This document shows, piece by piece, positions 1 to 10,540 of a DNA stretch of 41,550 bases. This DNA comes from Trichomonas gallinae (Eukaryota): positions 1-41,550 of the forward strand of contig MRSU01004714.1 of NCBI GenBank assembly GCA_008369845.1. The letters are read 5' to 3'. The position numbers were made by a program, and so were the translations under genes. Under the pieces are notes generated by a model that made no database searches, had not been told where the DNA came from, and was given only the letters and a program-made list of their open reading frames with translations. Position 1 is the stretch's first letter; each line of letters starts with the position of its first letter.

Positions 1-480
1 TTTTGGAAAAGGTGACAAATTTGATAACCTCATAGAATCAATTGATAGTTTACAAAACGGTTAGAACGGTCCCTTAACAATTAATGATTTTATTTATGAT
101 TAAATTTAACATTTTTGTTGAAATCTTTAAATAATAAGGGAAACTACCAAAGTAAATTAAAATTTAATTTTAAACCTAGTTATAGTTTGCATACGTTTAA
201 TATATTTTGAGGCAATAAAATTTATAAGTATATATGAATTCAATTGACATCAATTAATCATGATTTAAAATAGAGTCATCGCGGCTTATATTTTGTTGAA
301 AACCAAAAATAAAATGAAAATGAAAAATAACATGTTTAATATAATAAAACAATATAAAGATATCCAAAAAAGCAACATTTGTAGATCTGATATGAATATA
401 ACGTAATTTCGACACCTCTCTATTCATAATTTTAGAAGGCAGATAATGACTAAATATGTCTAGTGTAAATCTGATGTTTT

Positions 481-1980
481 CTAGCAGATGTAACACTTTT
501 TGTTGTATTTCTTCAGAAGCTTGATAACTTCTTCGTGTTTGTATCTTGATGCTAAGATTTTGGCAGTGAAGCCGTATTCATCTATTGCCTCAATTCTTGC
601 GTTGTTTTCGAGCAATAGCTTAACAATCTCGACGTAATTATTTTCTGCTGCGATCATCAATGCAGAGAAGCCTTCATTTGTTCTCGCTTCAAGATTGCAC
701 TTGTTATCTATCAGAACTTTCACGACTTCTATGTTGTTGTTTTGTACAGCAAGAAGGAGAGCTGTATAACCTTCTTTTGACCTCCTTTCAACGTAAGCGT
801 ATTTTTTGATGAGTGTTTTGACAACATTGGGCCTGTTGCTTCTTGCTGCGAGCATCAAAGCACTGCAATCGTAGATATTTGTCAGATCTACTCTTGCCTT
901 TTTTTGAAAAAGCTTTTCTAGGATCTCATTGTGTTCATTTTCGCTTGCATACATCATGGCATTGAATCCTTCTGTGTTTTGAGCGTTAATATTCGCAGAT
1001 TTTGAAATTAGATAATCAAATATATCAACTAATTTCTGTTTTGATGCAATAATCAGAGGTGTATTGCCTTGTCTATCTGTAATCTCTATGTTTGCTCCTT
1101 TTTCTACAAGCATTTGAACAATTGATTTAATCCCAAGTCTTGTTGCGCATAAAAGTGCGGTTTCTCCATCAGTATCTCTTGCATCTATATCATCTGATTC
1201 GTATACTTTGTTGAAAAACATGGAGAAGTTGTAGCTTTCGAGAGCCCAATAATATTTGTACTCAAACAAGTATTTGTCGTGCAAATAATAAGCAGCGTTA
1301 TAATTGTGGCATGCGACAGCGTTTTTCAGGCAGAAATCGTTTGTTTCTGTTTCTTCTTCGGATAAATGAATAATATTTAAATTATTTCCTAGATAAGCCA
1401 TTTCGAGAGTTTCTGATGTGAATCTTGCATCATTCGCCAATAGGAACTTAAAGCATGTTTCTGAGCCGTATTTAGCGCAATGATCTAATAATGTATAACC
1501 AAAACGTCTTTGATTTATATCGAAGTCAACATCGAATGTAAAATGCTGTAGTAATGGTAGGTCATCCCAAAACAACGCATATAATAATGAATCTTTCTCG
1601 AAAATATTATAAACTTGTTCAATTGTTGAGTTATTGTATTGCTCAGGCATCGCTCCGTATATAACATTCTCGAGAAGCAAAACTGCTTTGAGTTGCGGCG
1701 ATGATGATACGTTTTTCGGTGAAATTTTGTAATTTTGTTTATTTGCAAATTCTTTTATAATTTGGACATAGTATTTGACATTCTTTGGCCTTTTTGATGC
1801 CACGTAGTCTATCATTTTAACGATATCTTTATTGGTCAATATATTATTATCAACAGCGTCGATTAAACCGGTTATAATCTGCTCCTCTTGGCCCTCTTCG
1901 ATGTCCCAGAGCATGTCCGTCGTCATGATGAGGTTTTTGAACTCAGATGGAAGAGATTCTTCAAATAAAGCATTGGTCAT
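481..1980 (-). CDS. Ankyrin-repeat protein with a DUF3447-like central region (trichomonad-type family); C-terminal polybasic stretch plus CaaX-like KKYNKKCYIC
   Basis: 499-aa ORF with about 7 tandem ankyrin repeats (GETALLCA, GNTPLIIAS, GFNAMMYAS, CSALMLAA, GYTALLLAV, GFSALMIAA, GFTAKILAS), preceded by the LLDHCAKYGSETCFKFLLAN...AYLGNNLNIIH...AVACHNYNAAYYL pattern typical of trichomonad ankyrin proteins. Confidence 0.92.
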   Translation of the reverse strand: MTNALFEESLPSEFKNLIMTTDMLWDIEEGQEEQIITGLIDAVDNNILTNKDIVKMIDYVASKRPKNVKYYVQIIKEFANKQNYKISPKNVSSSPQLKAVLLLENVIYGAMPEQYNNSTIEQVYNIFEKDSLLYALFWDDLPLLQHFTFDVDFDINQRRFGYTLLDHCAKYGSETCFKFLLANDARFTSETLEMAYLGNNLNIIHLSEEETETNDFCLKNAVACHNYNAAYYLHDKYLFEYKYYWALESYNFSMFFNKVYESDDIDARDTDGETALLCATRLGIKSIVQMLVEKGANIEITDRQGNTPLIIASKQKLVDIFDYLISKSANINAQNTEGFNAMMYASENEHNEILEKLFQKKARVDLTNIYDCSALMLAARSNRPNVVKTLIKKYAYVERRSKEGYTALLLAVQNNNIEVVKVLIDNKCNLEARTNEGFSALMIAAENNYVEIVKLLLENNARIEAIDEYGFTAKILASRYKHEEVIKLLKKYNKKCYIC

Positions 1981-2838
1981 TGATTTTTTTAATATTTTTT
2001 ACTGGCGCAAAAAGCTTTGATATATATAAAAAATAAGCATATTACTATTCATATAACATATTTTTGATGTTAAAACCTCAAAATTTTTGATTTTTAAATT
2101 CTTTTGATGTAATCATTATTGCGCTGTTAATAATTAGATATGCATGTAATTATTACAAATCTTTTATTAAAATTCCAAAATAATGAAATTTAATTTTGGA
2201 TATATTTAATTGATTAAAGCAAGTTCATTACATTGCAAGTATATTTGCATGCAACACAAATTATAAACAAAACGTAATAATTTAGAATATATTATTTTGT
2301 TCATCAAATATACAAATTCAATGAAAATTAGGAGTATAGATGTGAAATATAGAGGATTTTAATATGATAGAAAACAATCAAAATGTTTTAATATAAAGAA
2401 CCAAAAAATCAAAAATATTTCCACTCGATAGAATGTATCTATATATAGGGGACATTACTTCTTCTCTTGTTCAGTTGATGTTAGATTAGGATATAAAAGA
2501 ACATAATAATTGTTGTCAAATTAAATGTGAAATTTTTCATAAGTGAATTGAATAATTAAAATAAAACTCTAAAGCACTTCTTTCCCATTAACCACTTCAA
2601 ATCGCGAGAATTTATTTCTGACTACTTTTAAATAGTTCGGGAAATTTTCGCTCAATTTGACATGTAAAGTTTACACGAATCTTTTTTTCTATCAACATTT
2701 TTTCAGAGAATTTAACGTTTTTCAAAAAACAAATTCGGTTTAAAATAACACATAAAACATTTCTTTACTAGGCAATATTTTTTCAAAAAATTTTAACTCG
2801 TGAATTCATATAAATTTGTAAACTTTAAAGGTTTTTGC

Positions 2839-3380
2839 TTTATAATTTTTTATTACACATTTTGATTAATGTAAACTATATAAAAAGCTGAATTCGGATA
2901 TGTGAATCAAAATATCATTCCATCAACATAAATTTTTAGTCTTGCTATCAATACAATATGATCAGCTCTCCCTTAGACACTACTTCCACCTTAAGCAAGT
3001 GGTTAATAATTATTTCGTTCTCAAACTGATTTCTCTAAAATTATTTACTCATACATTTATGTTAGTATATATTTCTCAAAAAGTCAATAGTTGATGGTTA
3101 TTATTTTATAATTTTTACACCATACATTTTACAAATGTAAACTATATTAAAAGCTGAATTCGGATATGGGACAAATCATATCATTCCATCAACAATATTG
3201 GCTTTGTCATTGCACTAATGTGATCTACTATTATAAAGATATTTTATTCACATAGAAGAACACGTTTATATATTTTCCGTTCCTTTGTTTAATAACCTAT
3301 TAACTCTCAAATTGATTTCTCTAAAATTATTCGCTCACACATTTTTGTGTAATAAATACTCTCAAAAAGTCAAAAACAGT
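2839..3380 (+). repeat. Diverged two-copy tandem direct duplication (units about 2839-3103 and 3104-3380) in the divergent ankyrin/kinase intergenic region
   Basis: Both copies share AATGTAAACTATAT.AAAAGCTGAATTCGGATATG, ATATCATTCCATCAACA, TGATTTCTCTAAAATTATT and CTCAAAAAGTCAA in the same order. Confidence 0.88.
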
Positions 3381-3524
3381 TTGTTTGACCCTCATAATCT
3401 AAATTCAAGCGAAACCACTTTAATTCTATCTTATTGGCTATTATGAAGCCAACGGTCAACTTTTCGCAAAAAAATTTGAAAATTTTTCGATGATCGGTAT
3501 TTTTGAGAGATTTTGATAATCAAT

Positions 3525-3529
3525 TCATT
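3525..3529 (+). promoter_or_regulatory. Initiator (Inr) element TCATT
   Basis: Matches the trichomonad Inr consensus TCA(C/T)(T/A) and lies just before ATG 3531. Short motif, supported only by position. Confidence 0.45.
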
Positions 3530-3530
3530 A

Positions 3531-4844
3531 ATGAATTCTGCAGCCCTGCCATCTAAGAACTCTGTTAATCTCAGTGGATGGTTGATGAAGAAAGGAAGGA
3601 TATTCCACATGTGGAAGAGATATTTCGTTCAGTTGCACAACTCGGAGCTAATCATTAGAAGGAATGACTACGAAAATAGAATTAGACACAGATACGTGGT
3701 GAACAATAGTACAGCTGTCAAGCTCATATCCAATGGTAAACACAATGAGATTCAAATCAGAGTCAGTCCTGATAAAACAATATGTTTAACAACTCCTGAA
3801 GAAAAAAGCTTATCGCAGTGGTTCAATGCATTAACATACAGTAACTCTCACCTTTCAATGGACTCGTTTGATGTTATTTCGGTTATTGGCAGAGGCCACT
3901 TTGGAAAAGTCGTTCTTGCAATGAGAAAGGCAACTCACGAGTATTGCGCCATCAAATCTATCAAAAAGAAATGCCTTTCAGACAGAAATCAGCTCTCGCT
4001 CATTGTAAACGAACGTAATACTCTCACAAAGATCAACCACCCATTCACAGTGAACATTTTGTTCGCGTTCCAGACATGGAGCAAGTTCTACATCGGAATG
4101 GAGTACATTCCAGGTGGTGATCTCGTTGGTCTTTTAACACGTAAAGGAAAATTAGAACTCAAAGACGTAATTATCTACGCAGGAGAAATTGCTTTAGCCT
4201 TAGAATATATTCATTCCAAAGGAATTGTGTACAGGGACCTCAAACCAGAGAATATTGTTATTAATTCCGATGGACACTTGAAACTCGCTGATTTTGGCTT
4301 GTCCAAGGATATCTCAGAGTCGAAGACAACAAGCACATTCTGTGGAACAGCTGATTATATGGCTCCAGAGATGTTATTTAAGAAAGCTTATGATTATTCA
4401 GTGGATTGGTGGGCATTTGGCATCTTAGTGTATGAGATGCTCTTCGATATGACACCTTTTCACTCAGAACTTCGCGATTCGACATTCTCCAAGATTAAAT
4501 TCTGCGATCCAGTCTATCCGGAAGGCACTGATCCAAATGTCATTTCATTTATCAATGGATTCCTCGAGAAGGACCCACTCAAGCGCACAAAATACTCAGA
4601 TGTCGAAAATCATCCATTTTGGCAAGGAATTACAAGAGAAGATTTGCTAAACAAGAAATACACGCCAACATTCATTCCAACAATCGGAAAGTCCATTTCC
4701 ACAGAGTACTTCGACCACAAGTACACAGGAGAGAACCCGCTGGAGTCAATTGCTGATCCAATGCTCGACGAGAAAGATATTTTCTTCGGATTCTCGTATA
4801 TGGGCGACGAGGAGACTGCTGAAGAAGATACTCCATCATTCTAA
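3531..4844 (+). CDS. PH-domain AGC-family Ser/Thr kinase (Akt/PKB-like)
   Basis: N-terminal PH domain (SGWLMKKGRIFHMWKRYF...QWFNAL); kinase motifs GRGHFGKV, CAIK, YRDLKPEN, DFG, TSTFCGTADYMAPE; AGC hydrophobic motif FFGFSY. The ORF-track start at 3513 is TTG; the first ATG is 3531. Confidence 0.93.
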   Translation: MNSAALPSKNSVNLSGWLMKKGRIFHMWKRYFVQLHNSELIIRRNDYENRIRHRYVVNNSTAVKLISNGKHNEIQIRVSPDKTICLTTPEEKSLSQWFNALTYSNSHLSMDSFDVISVIGRGHFGKVVLAMRKATHEYCAIKSIKKKCLSDRNQLSLIVNERNTLTKINHPFTVNILFAFQTWSKFYIGMEYIPGGDLVGLLTRKGKLELKDVIIYAGEIALALEYIHSKGIVYRDLKPENIVINSDGHLKLADFGLSKDISESKTTSTFCGTADYMAPEMLFKKAYDYSVDWWAFGILVYEMLFDMTPFHSELRDSTFSKIKFCDPVYPEGTDPNVISFINGFLEKDPLKRTKYSDVENHPFWQGITREDLLNKKYTPTFIPTIGKSISTEYFDHKYTGENPLESIADPMLDEKDIFFGFSYMGDEETAEEDTPSF

Positions 4845-5564
4845 TTGTTTTTTGTTTATTTTATTTCGTATTTTACATGATATTTTTGCGATTAAATTTG
4901 TATATTATTTCTATCTTAAAATATTTATGTTTTTTATCTAATTGAGCATTATTAATCAAAATTTGAGCTATAAATTACTAAACATAATGAGTCTATTTAT
5001 CATGCGTAAATGATATTTCATATATATACCGAAAGATTAATTAATAATTTGAACAACTTATGAAAATTAAATATATTTGTGCAATAACAACAAATTTGCT
5101 GATTTTAAACCACATAATTGAGTTCATCCATATTAAACAATGAGCAATACTCTAAGTATAACACGAGAAAACGAGTTTTAAAATCCTTGTTCAAATTTTT
5201 TGTAATCTTAAAAAATATAAATGTTGACTTTTTTTTATATTAAATACTTAATTTTCAAAAAATTAAAAACATAATATAAAATATATAATACACCATAATG
5301 TTTTTTGTCGATTTATTTTCGCAAAAATCACACAAGAATTCCAAAAAATCGCATTATTTATCATTGACTTTGAATTCACAAAATATCTTATATATATATA
5401 AATCATTAGTTGAATAATTGAACATGATTCTATTAAAGAAAATTGAATTTAATCAAAGCGATATATTTTTGAATTAATTTCGTTATATTTGATTTCAATT
5501 GCTTACATCATTATCTAAATTGATATAAAATAAACACTTTTACAACAATAATAAAGATTTTTGC

Positions 5565-7058
5565 TTATTTTTGAAGCATGTTTCTATCTCTAAGATATTC
5601 GTAGATTTGAAGCAGTCTAGTGTATTTCTGTATTCTCTCTCCACGCGCGCAGGAGCCAGCCTTGATTGACTGTGCACCAATTGCAACAGCTAAATCAGCT
5701 ATCAGAGAATTACACGTCTCTCCTGACCTATGGGAAACCATAACTTTCTGACCTGCATTCAAAACAAGTCTTGCCGCATTCATTGCCTCTGATATTGTTC
5801 CGATTTGGTTGACTTTCATCAGCAAAGCGTTGCACCACTTCTTAGCGATGCCCTGCTCGATCATCTTTGGATTTGTCGTGTAAAGGTCATCACCGACAAG
5901 TTGAATTCTTGATCCAAGTTGATCGTTGAACTTAATCCACGTTTCGTAGTCCTTCTCGTCTAAGCCGTCTTCTATTGATATGATAGCAGGATGCTTTGAG
6001 ACCAAGTCTTTCCAATACTCTATCATTTCGTCGCCAGACTTCCAGACATTTGGTAATATTTCGTATTGTTTCTTTGTTGCATCATAAAATTCTGATGCTG
6101 CGGCATCCAACGCGAGATAGACATCACTGCCTACTTGATAGCCACACAGTGTTGTTGCTCTTTCTATAACTTCGAGAGCTTCCTCTGGTGTGTTGATTAA
6201 TGGCGCATATCCACCCTCATCACCAAGATTCTTCGCAGAAACTCCGTATTTCTTTACCAAAACTTCACCAAGCTTATGGTATATTTCTGTGATCATCCTC
6301 AATTGTTCAGGGAAGCTGATATCTGTGCGTGGCGAGATCATAAATTCCTGAATTTTGAGATTGCCACCTGCGTGCTTTCCTCCGTTGAGAATATTGAAGA
6401 ACATGGCTGGAAGCTTGAATTTCTTTGGCATTTTATCAGCATCATAGAACTGACGAGCGAGATAAATAAAGAGTTCTTCGTTATTGATTTGAGCACCTGC
6501 TGTTGCTACAGCAAATGATGTTGCAGTTGTAGCATTGCCGCCCATCTTTTCTTTAAGCTCTGTACCGTCAGCTACAATTATTGCATCATCGATTTCTTTG
6601 AGATTTTCGAGTAATTTTCCTGCGACAGCTTTGCTTAAAACTGTATTAACATTTTTAACCGCATGAGTGACTCCTTTTCCACCAAATCTTGTATCACCAT
6701 CTCTTAATTCTTTAGCTTCGCGGGAACCAGTAGATGCACCGGATGGAGATGATGACCTTGCAACGAAACTAACTGAATTTAAGTATTTTGCGTAAACATC
6801 AACTTCAACTGTTGGATTTCCTCTTGAATCCATAACTTCACGCGCAAAAAGATGATCTATTACTGGCTTTGCTGCACGTCTCTGTAATATTCTTGATAAA
6901 ACACCGAAAACATCTTCAGGTCTTGATTCCATTAACTCGTTTATAGCATCGTGGAGGACGTTTTGGAGGTCCATGTCTTTAAGATACTTTCTCTTCTCTT
7001 CAATGACTTCCGGAGAAATATGTTCTTCAGGCTGAGTGTCGTTTTGTTCCGCTTCCAT
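5565..7058 (-). CDS. eno: Enolase (phosphopyruvate hydratase) with an N-terminal extension of about 65 aa
   Basis: AREVMDSRGNPTVEV, PSGASTG, NGGKHAG, QEFMI, GDEGG, LDAAASEFY, SIEDG, VGDDL, KVNQIG and SHRSGET are all present. Confidence 0.97.
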   Translation of the reverse strand: MEAEQNDTQPEEHISPEVIEEKRKYLKDMDLQNVLHDAINELMESRPEDVFGVLSRILQRRAAKPVIDHLFAREVMDSRGNPTVEVDVYAKYLNSVSFVARSSSPSGASTGSREAKELRDGDTRFGGKGVTHAVKNVNTVLSKAVAGKLLENLKEIDDAIIVADGTELKEKMGGNATTATSFAVATAGAQINNEELFIYLARQFYDADKMPKKFKLPAMFFNILNGGKHAGGNLKIQEFMISPRTDISFPEQLRMITEIYHKLGEVLVKKYGVSAKNLGDEGGYAPLINTPEEALEVIERATTLCGYQVGSDVYLALDAAASEFYDATKKQYEILPNVWKSGDEMIEYWKDLVSKHPAIISIEDGLDEKDYETWIKFNDQLGSRIQLVGDDLYTTNPKMIEQGIAKKWCNALLMKVNQIGTISEAMNAARLVLNAGQKVMVSHRSGETCNSLIADLAVAIGAQSIKAGSCARGERIQKYTRLLQIYEYLRDRNMLQK

Positions 7059-7375
7059 TTTTTAATAACGTATAAATGAAAAATATTTATTTTAATTGCA
7101 TATTTATATAGTAGAGGTACACGTAATAATATATTTTAAGTATTTTTTTGAAATGGTCAATACAATTTCATTCTATATTATATATTGGCATCTATAAAGG
7201 TTTGATGTGAGATTGATAACAAAAAACCGAATTAAATGTTCGAGGAAAAGAATTTTATAAATTTCTTGAGTAATTAATGAATTTCCTTTATCAAACGATC
7301 AGAATACATTTGTATAGAGGCATATTAGTGTTTAAACCCATCGAAATGGTTCAGAAATTAACAGAAATCTGACAA

Positions 7376-8539
7376 ATGATATCAAGTCTTCAAAACAGGC
7401 TTTTCCACGGACATTATTTAGATGCACAAGCGACATCAATTCTAGATCCACGTGTTCTTGATGCAATGCTTCCATATGAAACGCATAAACACGGAAATCC
7501 TCACTCAAGGCAGCATGGATTCGGAAAAGAAGCGCATGAAGCCGTCGAAAAGGCCAGAGAGTGGATTGCTAAGTCAGTTAATGCGGATCCAAGCGAAATT
7601 ATCTTCACTGGAGGAGCAACTGAGTGCGGAAATATCTCAGTAAAAGGATCCATGCGTTATTTGAAGCCAAAAGGCAAAAAACACATTATTGTATCTAATG
7701 TTGAGCATAAATGCATACTAGAATCAGCACTAGACCTCGAAAATGAAGGATTTGAAACAACAATTATACCAATTCGCAAAGATGGACGAGTTGATCCATC
7801 TGACGTCGAGAAAGCAATACGACCGGATACTGGCATAGTATCTTGCATGGTCGTAAATAACGAACTAGGTACGATTAATCCAATTGCAGAATTAGCTTCT
7901 GTTTGCAAAGCTCATAACGTTTTATTCCATACAGATGCAGCACAAGCATTCGGGAAAGTCCCAATTGATGTAAAGAAAATGGGAATTAATTTGATGTCGA
8001 TTACTGGACACAAAATACACGGTCCTAAAGGTATTGGTGCTCTTTATATTGGATCAAATCCACGTGTAAGGGTTGAACCAGTCATGAGCGGCGGCGGCCA
8101 AGAGAGAAATATCAGATCAGGGACATTAGCTGTTCCTTTGATAGTTGGATTAGGCAAATCCGCTGAAATAGCTTACAAGGAAATGAAATATGATTCTCCT
8201 TACGTAGAATCTCTTGGAAAATATTTTGTATCTCAAATCAAGCAAAAATTCCCAAAGGCAACGTTCAATGGAAGCATGGAGCATCGCTGGTATGGTTGTA
8301 TCAATGTTTCTCTTAATACAATCGAAAGTTCAGTTTTAATGCAAAAAATGCCTCATTTTGCGTTTTCATCTGGATCAGCTTGCATTCTTAATGATATAGA
8401 GCCATACTATGTTCTCAAAGCCATTGGTTTAACCAAGGAATCAGCAAGAACAACAATAAGAATTGGTTTATCCAAGTTTACAATGAAAGAAGAAATTGAC
8501 CTCTTCCTCAATGACTTGGAACGCTTCCACTCTATGTAA
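7376..8539 (+). CDS. iscS: Cysteine desulfurase, IscS/Nfs1 type, probably hydrogenosomal; short C-terminus
   Basis: YLDAQAT, GNPHS, EHKC, VNNELG, HTDAAQ, PLP-lysine motif GHKIHGPKGIGAL, GGGQE..RSGT and catalytic SSGSAC. The short N-terminal leader MISSLQNRLF resembles a hydrogenosomal presequence. Confidence 0.95.
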   Translation: MISSLQNRLFHGHYLDAQATSILDPRVLDAMLPYETHKHGNPHSRQHGFGKEAHEAVEKAREWIAKSVNADPSEIIFTGGATECGNISVKGSMRYLKPKGKKHIIVSNVEHKCILESALDLENEGFETTIIPIRKDGRVDPSDVEKAIRPDTGIVSCMVVNNELGTINPIAELASVCKAHNVLFHTDAAQAFGKVPIDVKKMGINLMSITGHKIHGPKGIGALYIGSNPRVRVEPVMSGGGQERNIRSGTLAVPLIVGLGKSAEIAYKEMKYDSPYVESLGKYFVSQIKQKFPKATFNGSMEHRWYGCINVSLNTIESSVLMQKMPHFAFSSGSACILNDIEPYYVLKAIGLTKESARTTIRIGLSKFTMKEEIDLFLNDLERFHSM

Positions 8540-9000
8540 AATAAATATTTTCGAAATTCAATTTTTTAAATCTCAATTAAACAATTTTAGTTTACAATCA
8601 CATCTAAATCAATCATATTAGATGAAGTTGTGATCAATAATTGTTCTAAAAAAGACTAACATCGAAGTTATTTTAAAAATTATCGAATTTTCAAAATAAT
8701 TTAAAGTAAGAGTCAAAAAATACTGGCAATTCCAGTCTATATGACTATTAGAATATATTTCATGATACAATAATGCAGATATAACAATATTGCGTTTCCA
8801 AGTTTATTTTTTGTCCCGTTGTGACATAAAAACTATAAATAATAGCTTGGATAGTTCGATTTATTGTATATTTATAATCAAAATGCAACAACGTAGGAAA
8901 ATATTTTCAAATTTCGAATGACTCTGGCAAATCGCTCCAAATCTTGCATAGAATATAAAATACCACACTAGGTACTATCTATAGATTATCTAAGGATTTA

Positions 9001-9190
9001 AACAATTTTTGACATGTCATGTAAATAATATCATTCAATTAATTTTGACAATATGACATGTAAATAATTTCGATTGTTGAGCGATTTTGACATTATGTAA
9101 ATAATATCCGCATGTAAACAATTTTTGACGATATGACATGTAAATTATTTCAATTTTGAGTTTTTTTTGACACTATGACATGTAAACTAA
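9001..9190 (+). repeat. Imperfect tandem array of a TTTTGAA-like TTTTGAC(n)ATGTAAA motif (about 5-6 copies)
   Basis: Successive copies: tttttgacatgtcatgtaaataat, ttttgacaatatgacatgtaaataat, ttttgacattatgtaaataat, tttttgacgatatgacatgtaaattat, tttttgacactatgacatgtaaact. Confidence 0.85.
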
Positions 9191-9307
9191 AAATTAAACG
9201 CATAACGATAACCAACCAACTTTATTTTTTAATATGTGATAAGTATAAAGTGTATAGAGCATGTTTTCTACGAAATTTTACATTTCTGAATCCAAAAATC
9301 AGTTGAT

Positions 9308-10540
9308 ATGGGAAAGGACCATCCTAAACTCAAAATCGACAGCTTTGTTGGACGCTTTAGGGTGGTCAAACATGTGGGTGCAGGTGGTTTCGGTGAGATT
9401 TACTCCGTAATGGATCCAAGCACGTCGAAAATGTGCGCAATGAAAATCGAATACTTAGGCGTCCATAAATCAAGCTTGAAATTAGAAATTGCTATCTTAC
9501 AAGAGTTGTCTGGCTCAAAGTATTTCCCAAAATTGATTGATCAGGGAAAAACTCAGACGATTCGTTATTACGTGATGGAATTATTAGGTGCTTCACTTCA
9601 AAACATGCGCGCTATAGCACCACGAAAGCGTTTCTCGATGCATACGACACTCAGAATTGCGCTTGAATCACTGAAAGCAATCGAAGAATTTCATAATCAC
9701 GGCTACGTTCATAGAGACATCAAGCCAGGCAACTTTTTGATTCGTGATGACGATGAATATCCTATTTGCCTTATTGATTTTGGACTTTGCCGTAAATACA
9801 TCGACGATAAAGGAAAAATTATCCCACCTCGCGATGAACCAGGATTCACAGGAACGTGTCGATATGCATCTGTTAATGCTCACAATTACAACGAATTAGG
9901 ACGCCGTGATGATATAATTTCATGGATTTACACAATGGTTGAGCTTGCTGATAGTAAATTGCCTTGGCCGGGCACGAAAGATAGAGAGGCAACAAGAACA
10001 ATGAAAAGAGACATAACAGCAACATCATTACTCAAAAGTTTTTCGGATGAAATTTTAGATATCTACAGAGAAGTGAGAAAACTTAAGTACGAAGATAAAC
10101 CAGACTACGATCTTTATAAAAAGCTGCTGCAAGACGCAATAAATGAGTGCACTGAAAAAAGAGCAGGTTTTGACTGGGAATATTATTCAAGAAAGCTTGT
10201 TGAAGAGGTCAGTCCTGATTTGGCACTTGGACCGCCAAAGCAAACATCAGCAAAGAGTCTTTCGTCAACAAAAGCTTTCCTCGGCTCACCAAGAAAACCA
10301 TTCGTTATGCCTACTTTCATTCCTGAAGTTTTCAACCCAACGGACGAGCCAAGCAATCCACCTGCGACACAGCTTTCTCCTCCTCAAACACCAACTGCAT
10401 CAACCAAGGCAGTTCACTCGCAGCCTCCAACGCCAACTTCTAAACGGACTCCGCAAACGTCACAAGACATTGATATCAATGATCCACCACCTTCGAACGC
10501 CAGACATGAAGCAGAAGGTAACTGTTGCCGTATATTTTAA
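9308..10540 (+). CDS. CK1-group (casein kinase 1/TTBK-like) protein kinase with a Pro/Thr-rich tail and C-terminal CCRIF
   Basis: GAGGFGEIY, CAMKIE, VMELLG, VHRDIKPGNF, LIDFGL, FTGTCRYASVNAH (CK1-type SxN in place of APE), GRRDD, LPW and PDYD. Confidence 0.94.
   Translation: MGKDHPKLKIDSFVGRFRVVKHVGAGGFGEIYSVMDPSTSKMCAMKIEYLGVHKSSLKLEIAILQELSGSKYFPKLIDQGKTQTIRYYVMELLGASLQNMRAIAPRKRFSMHTTLRIALESLKAIEEFHNHGYVHRDIKPGNFLIRDDDEYPICLIDFGLCRKYIDDKGKIIPPRDEPGFTGTCRYASVNAHNYNELGRRDDIISWIYTMVELADSKLPWPGTKDREATRTMKRDITATSLLKSFSDEILDIYREVRKLKYEDKPDYDLYKKLLQDAINECTEKRAGFDWEYYSRKLVEEVSPDLALGPPKQTSAKSLSSTKAFLGSPRKPFVMPTFIPEVFNPTDEPSNPPATQLSPPQTPTASTKAVHSQPPTPTSKRTPQTSQDIDINDPPPSNARHEAEGNCCRIF

Noticed and set aside
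9001..9190. Repeat array as a CRISPR-like locus
   Set aside because: The repeats are degenerate, the intervening segments are short and related to each other, there are no cas genes, and the context is eukaryotic.
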